Positions 46,693 through 49,441 of a stretch of DNA of 49,441 nt are shown here, in pieces; the first letter of the stretch is position 1, and every line of letters begins with the position of its first letter. The DNA is from Vicugna vicugna (Eukaryota): assembly GCA_013265495.1 (NCBI GenBank), contig MU058045.1:965986-1015426 (forward strand), in the 5' to 3' direction. Position numbers and translations under genes: made by a program. The notes under the pieces were generated by a model. The model worked only from the letters and a program-made list of their open reading frames with translations. It was not told where the DNA came from and searched no databases.

Positions 46693-47855
46693 AACCCAGG
46701 GCCCTCCAACCACGTCAGACCCTGTTTCCAGAGGTCCTGGGCCCTAAGGGAAGAAATGTTAATGAGTAATATAAGAATGTAAAGATGGAGGCCAGTCGTT
46801 GAGCGCGTCTCTGACTCCAGGGACGGCAACGTCTTCATGGAGGAAGTGGGATCTGAGCTGGGTGGGCAACACCTTGCCCTGGGGTAGCTGAGAAAGGGCT
46901 GAGGGTGCAAGGGGATGGGGCAGGGGGTGTAAGGCCTGTTGAGGTGGCGGGGAGCCGGCTGGAGCTGCTGAGGAAGGATTACCCCCCAACAGAGAAAGGG
47001 AAGCCTGGAGGGCTGGCTTGAATGCAGAGAAAGAACAAAACCAGAGTCAGCAGATAAGGGGTGACTTGTGCACCGTATTTTGATGGAAGCACAATTGGGG
47101 GATAATGAAAATGTGGAACTGTGGTGTGAAATCCATCCGAGAGCGAGGAGAGCAGAGGCAGGAGATGCCCGTCCTTCCCCCGCCACCACCACCATGGTCG
47201 GGGCAAACCCAGGCCCCCAGGGCGGTCCCCCCGCACCCAGAGGAGCTGCCAGGCGGGTTGGAGGAAGACGGCTGGTGCTCAGGCCCCGCGGTCCAACCAG
47301 CACAGCGAACCCGGCTCCCAGGGGGCAGGTCCAGGCCGAGGGGTGATCTCAGGGGTGACTGCAGTTCTTCAAACCTTCAATCTGAAAATCAAAATGTAAA
47401 TGTTCACCTTCTCTGCCCAGCTGTCTACTCTTTTCTTAGCTTATCTACCCAGGAATGGGATTAAAGAGAACATTTACATGAACTTTGGAAAACAAATATT
47501 CCGGTTTTGGCTTTTCTCCTGCTGATTCCCCACCTCAGCTCAGAAGTCTGCTGCAAAAAGTCTGTTTGATCAGTGAGAACCCTCTGGTTAATACACAAGC
47601 AAATGTCACCTATTGATGGGCACAACTAGGGGAACAAACAGCTGCAGGAGCCCTGCGTAAATGCCCTTTGTGGCTCCCGAGAGGCGACGTGAGAGCTGTT
47701 TGTTGGCCCTGACCCTTCCGGTGTGAAGAACAAAGCTGACGATGGGAGAATAGACATTGTGGTTCCAAACAGCCAACCCCCGCAGGCAGCCTGTGTGGCT
47801 CTCCTTGTGATAAGCAAAACCAGATAAAAAGGCTTCCAGAGAAAACTGGCCTGCT

Positions 47856-47931
47856 GGGGGTACTACAGCTCAGTGCTTAGCATGCACGAGGTCCTGGGCT
47901 CAATCCCCTGTACCTCCATTTAAAATTAAAA
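47856..47931 (+). mobile_element. Camelid tRNA-derived SINE (Vic-1 type), internal deletion, with TSD
   Basis: cagctcagtg joined directly to cttagcatgcacgaggtcctgggctcaatcccc; flanks aaaactggcct / aaaattggcct. Confidence 0.88.
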
Positions 47932-48904
47932 AATTGGCCTTCACATCCTCCTGCCGCCTTGCCCCTCCAGCCCCCTCCTCGCCCACCATGCTTATCGCCC
48001 AAGTTTTCCTCATTTCTTAAGGGGAGAACTGGCCACTACAGAGGCCAGCTCTCATGCTCTCAAGAAAAGCCAGGCTCCATATCCTCCCTTCCTCCCCCGA
48101 GCAGGAAGCACCGGGAGCCGTTACCTACGCTGGGGCTGGAGTAAAGCCGCCATCATTTGCAGGTTTCCAGTGTCTCACTGGAAAAAAGTATGGACCACTC
48201 ATCCAGATGAACAGCCTTCAGCAAGCACACCGCGGTTCCCAAGAGACTGAGTTTCATGCCCTTTCCCCATTTGCAAAGCAGTTTGTTTTCTTACATCTTT
48301 TTGTAATTGCCATGAGCGGGACTTGTAAATATTGTAAGTGGTTGAGTAATACTCATCTGGTAAACTGACCAGAGGAAACGGACATCTTTTTCCACTCTTG
48401 TAACTCTGGCCTCCTCCCCTGCCGGCCCCTGAAAGGGGCGCCGGGGGATTGGAAGGGAAAGTCTGCCTCGCCAGGTGCCAGCGGGCCAGCGCAGGGCAGA
48501 GTGACGTGTGCATGAAAGGTCCCCGTGGCCGCAGCCCCGCCAGGTGTTTGTGGGCCGGGGTCGGGGGCAGAGAGCGCCCATTGTTTAAGAAGTTGGCAGG
48601 TGCCCAGAAGTTCAACTGTCTTTCCTCGTTCTGAAATGTCAAACATTTCCTTAGCGGGAAGGATGGATGACTAGACCCCCTGAGGTCTAAGCCCTACTCT
48701 GAGGCAAGAGAAAGAAGTTCTGCCTGTCACACGTGGCCGAGCACCGTTCACGTCCTGCCTGTGGCCATCAGTGGCTCGGTCTCCAGTGTCCTCTAGGCAG
48801 AAGCCGCTTTCCGACATCTGAAATGTCAGGGGCTCTTCCCTGCCTCTGTCTTAAAGAAATAGCAGCTCCTCTGTGTCACATATGGGGGCGCGGATGGATT
48901 TTCT

Positions 48905-49160
48905 TCCTTTTTTAAAAATTTACTTATCAATGTGTAGTCAGTTTACAATGTTGTGTCAATTTCTGGTATGCAGCATAATGTTTCAGCCACACATACATGT
49001 ACATGTTTTCATATTTTTCATTATAGGTTATGACAAGATACTGAATACAGTCCCCTGTGCTACAGAGTAGAACATTGTTGTTTACTTTATGTATATAGTA
49101 GTTAGTATTTGGAAATCCCGAATTCCTGATTTATCGCTCCCCTCTCCCTGTAACCGTTAA
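48905..49160 (-). mobile_element. Lineage-specific L1 3' UTR, 5'-truncated
   Basis: tagtcagtttacaatgttgtgtcaatttctgg...gatactgaatacagtcccctgtgctacag...tttatcgctcccct; same family as 25708 and 41460. Confidence 0.9.
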
Positions 49161-49187
49161 CAGACAGGTTTTCCCATGATGCCTTCT

Positions 49188-49392
49188 GGTGATGCTTACT
49201 GAAGTATTTGTTGATGAAATCTGTCTGGGATTTGTTTCAAAATCATACACCGGGGACAGGGAGCAGGTGAGGGTATAGATGAAACCAGATCCACCACGAA
49301 CTGATACTTGTTAAAGCCGGGTGCTGAGTTCATCACAGTCCTGTAGGCTTTTCGTCTACTGTTGTATTTGTTTCAGTTTCCCACCTTAAAAA
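49188..49392 (+). mobile_element. Old L1MC/ME-type 3' end
   Basis: tgaagtattt...tgtctgggatttgtttcaaaat...gggtatagatgaaaccagat...tctactgttgtatttgttt. Confidence 0.75.
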
Positions 49393-49441
49393 GCTGTTGG
49401 AAGGAAGAAGAAAGAAAAGGAAAGAGTTAAAAAAAAAAAAA

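Noticed and set aside
46644..47303. 219 aa ORF and other 140-200 aa ORFs in the GC-rich half (30787, 39470, 42033, 44868)
   Set aside because: P/G/R/S-rich overlapping ORFs on both strands are expected where GC content lowers stop-codon frequency; no splice or domain support.
1..49441. CRISPR array, operon, prophage or other novel multi-gene system
   Set aside because: No regularly spaced repeats, no gene-dense region and no intact enzyme ORF; the content is explained by mammalian repeats and non-coding DNA.

Overview
This is mammalian genomic DNA, not prokaryotic. Six tRNA-Ala-derived SINEs of the camelid Vic-1 type and three artiodactyl-type L1 3' ends point to a camelid (alpaca, llama or camel). 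I found no supportable protein-coding exon, RNA gene or CRISPR array. The window reads as a large intron or intergenic region, and the ORF track is explained by chance ORFs and decayed transposons. It carries many interspersed repeats: ancient MIR, L2, HAL1/L1M, MLT1, LTR33, MER5, MER91 and MADE2 copies, plus lineage-specific SINEs, L1s and one solo ERV LTR. Between these lie repeat-poor blocks that may be enhancers. Three structures stand out: a TSD-bounded L1 insertion that appears to carry a ~290 bp 3' transduction (41152-41720), an apparently perfect 449 bp tandem duplication with an A-run junction next to a SINE (6371-7286), and a TSD-flanked poly(A)-only insertion (16713-16749). I see no evidence of a new biological system. 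Repeat subfamily names come from my recall of consensus sequences and boundaries of old repeats are approximate; both need RepeatMasker/Dfam confirmation. The host gene could not be identified.
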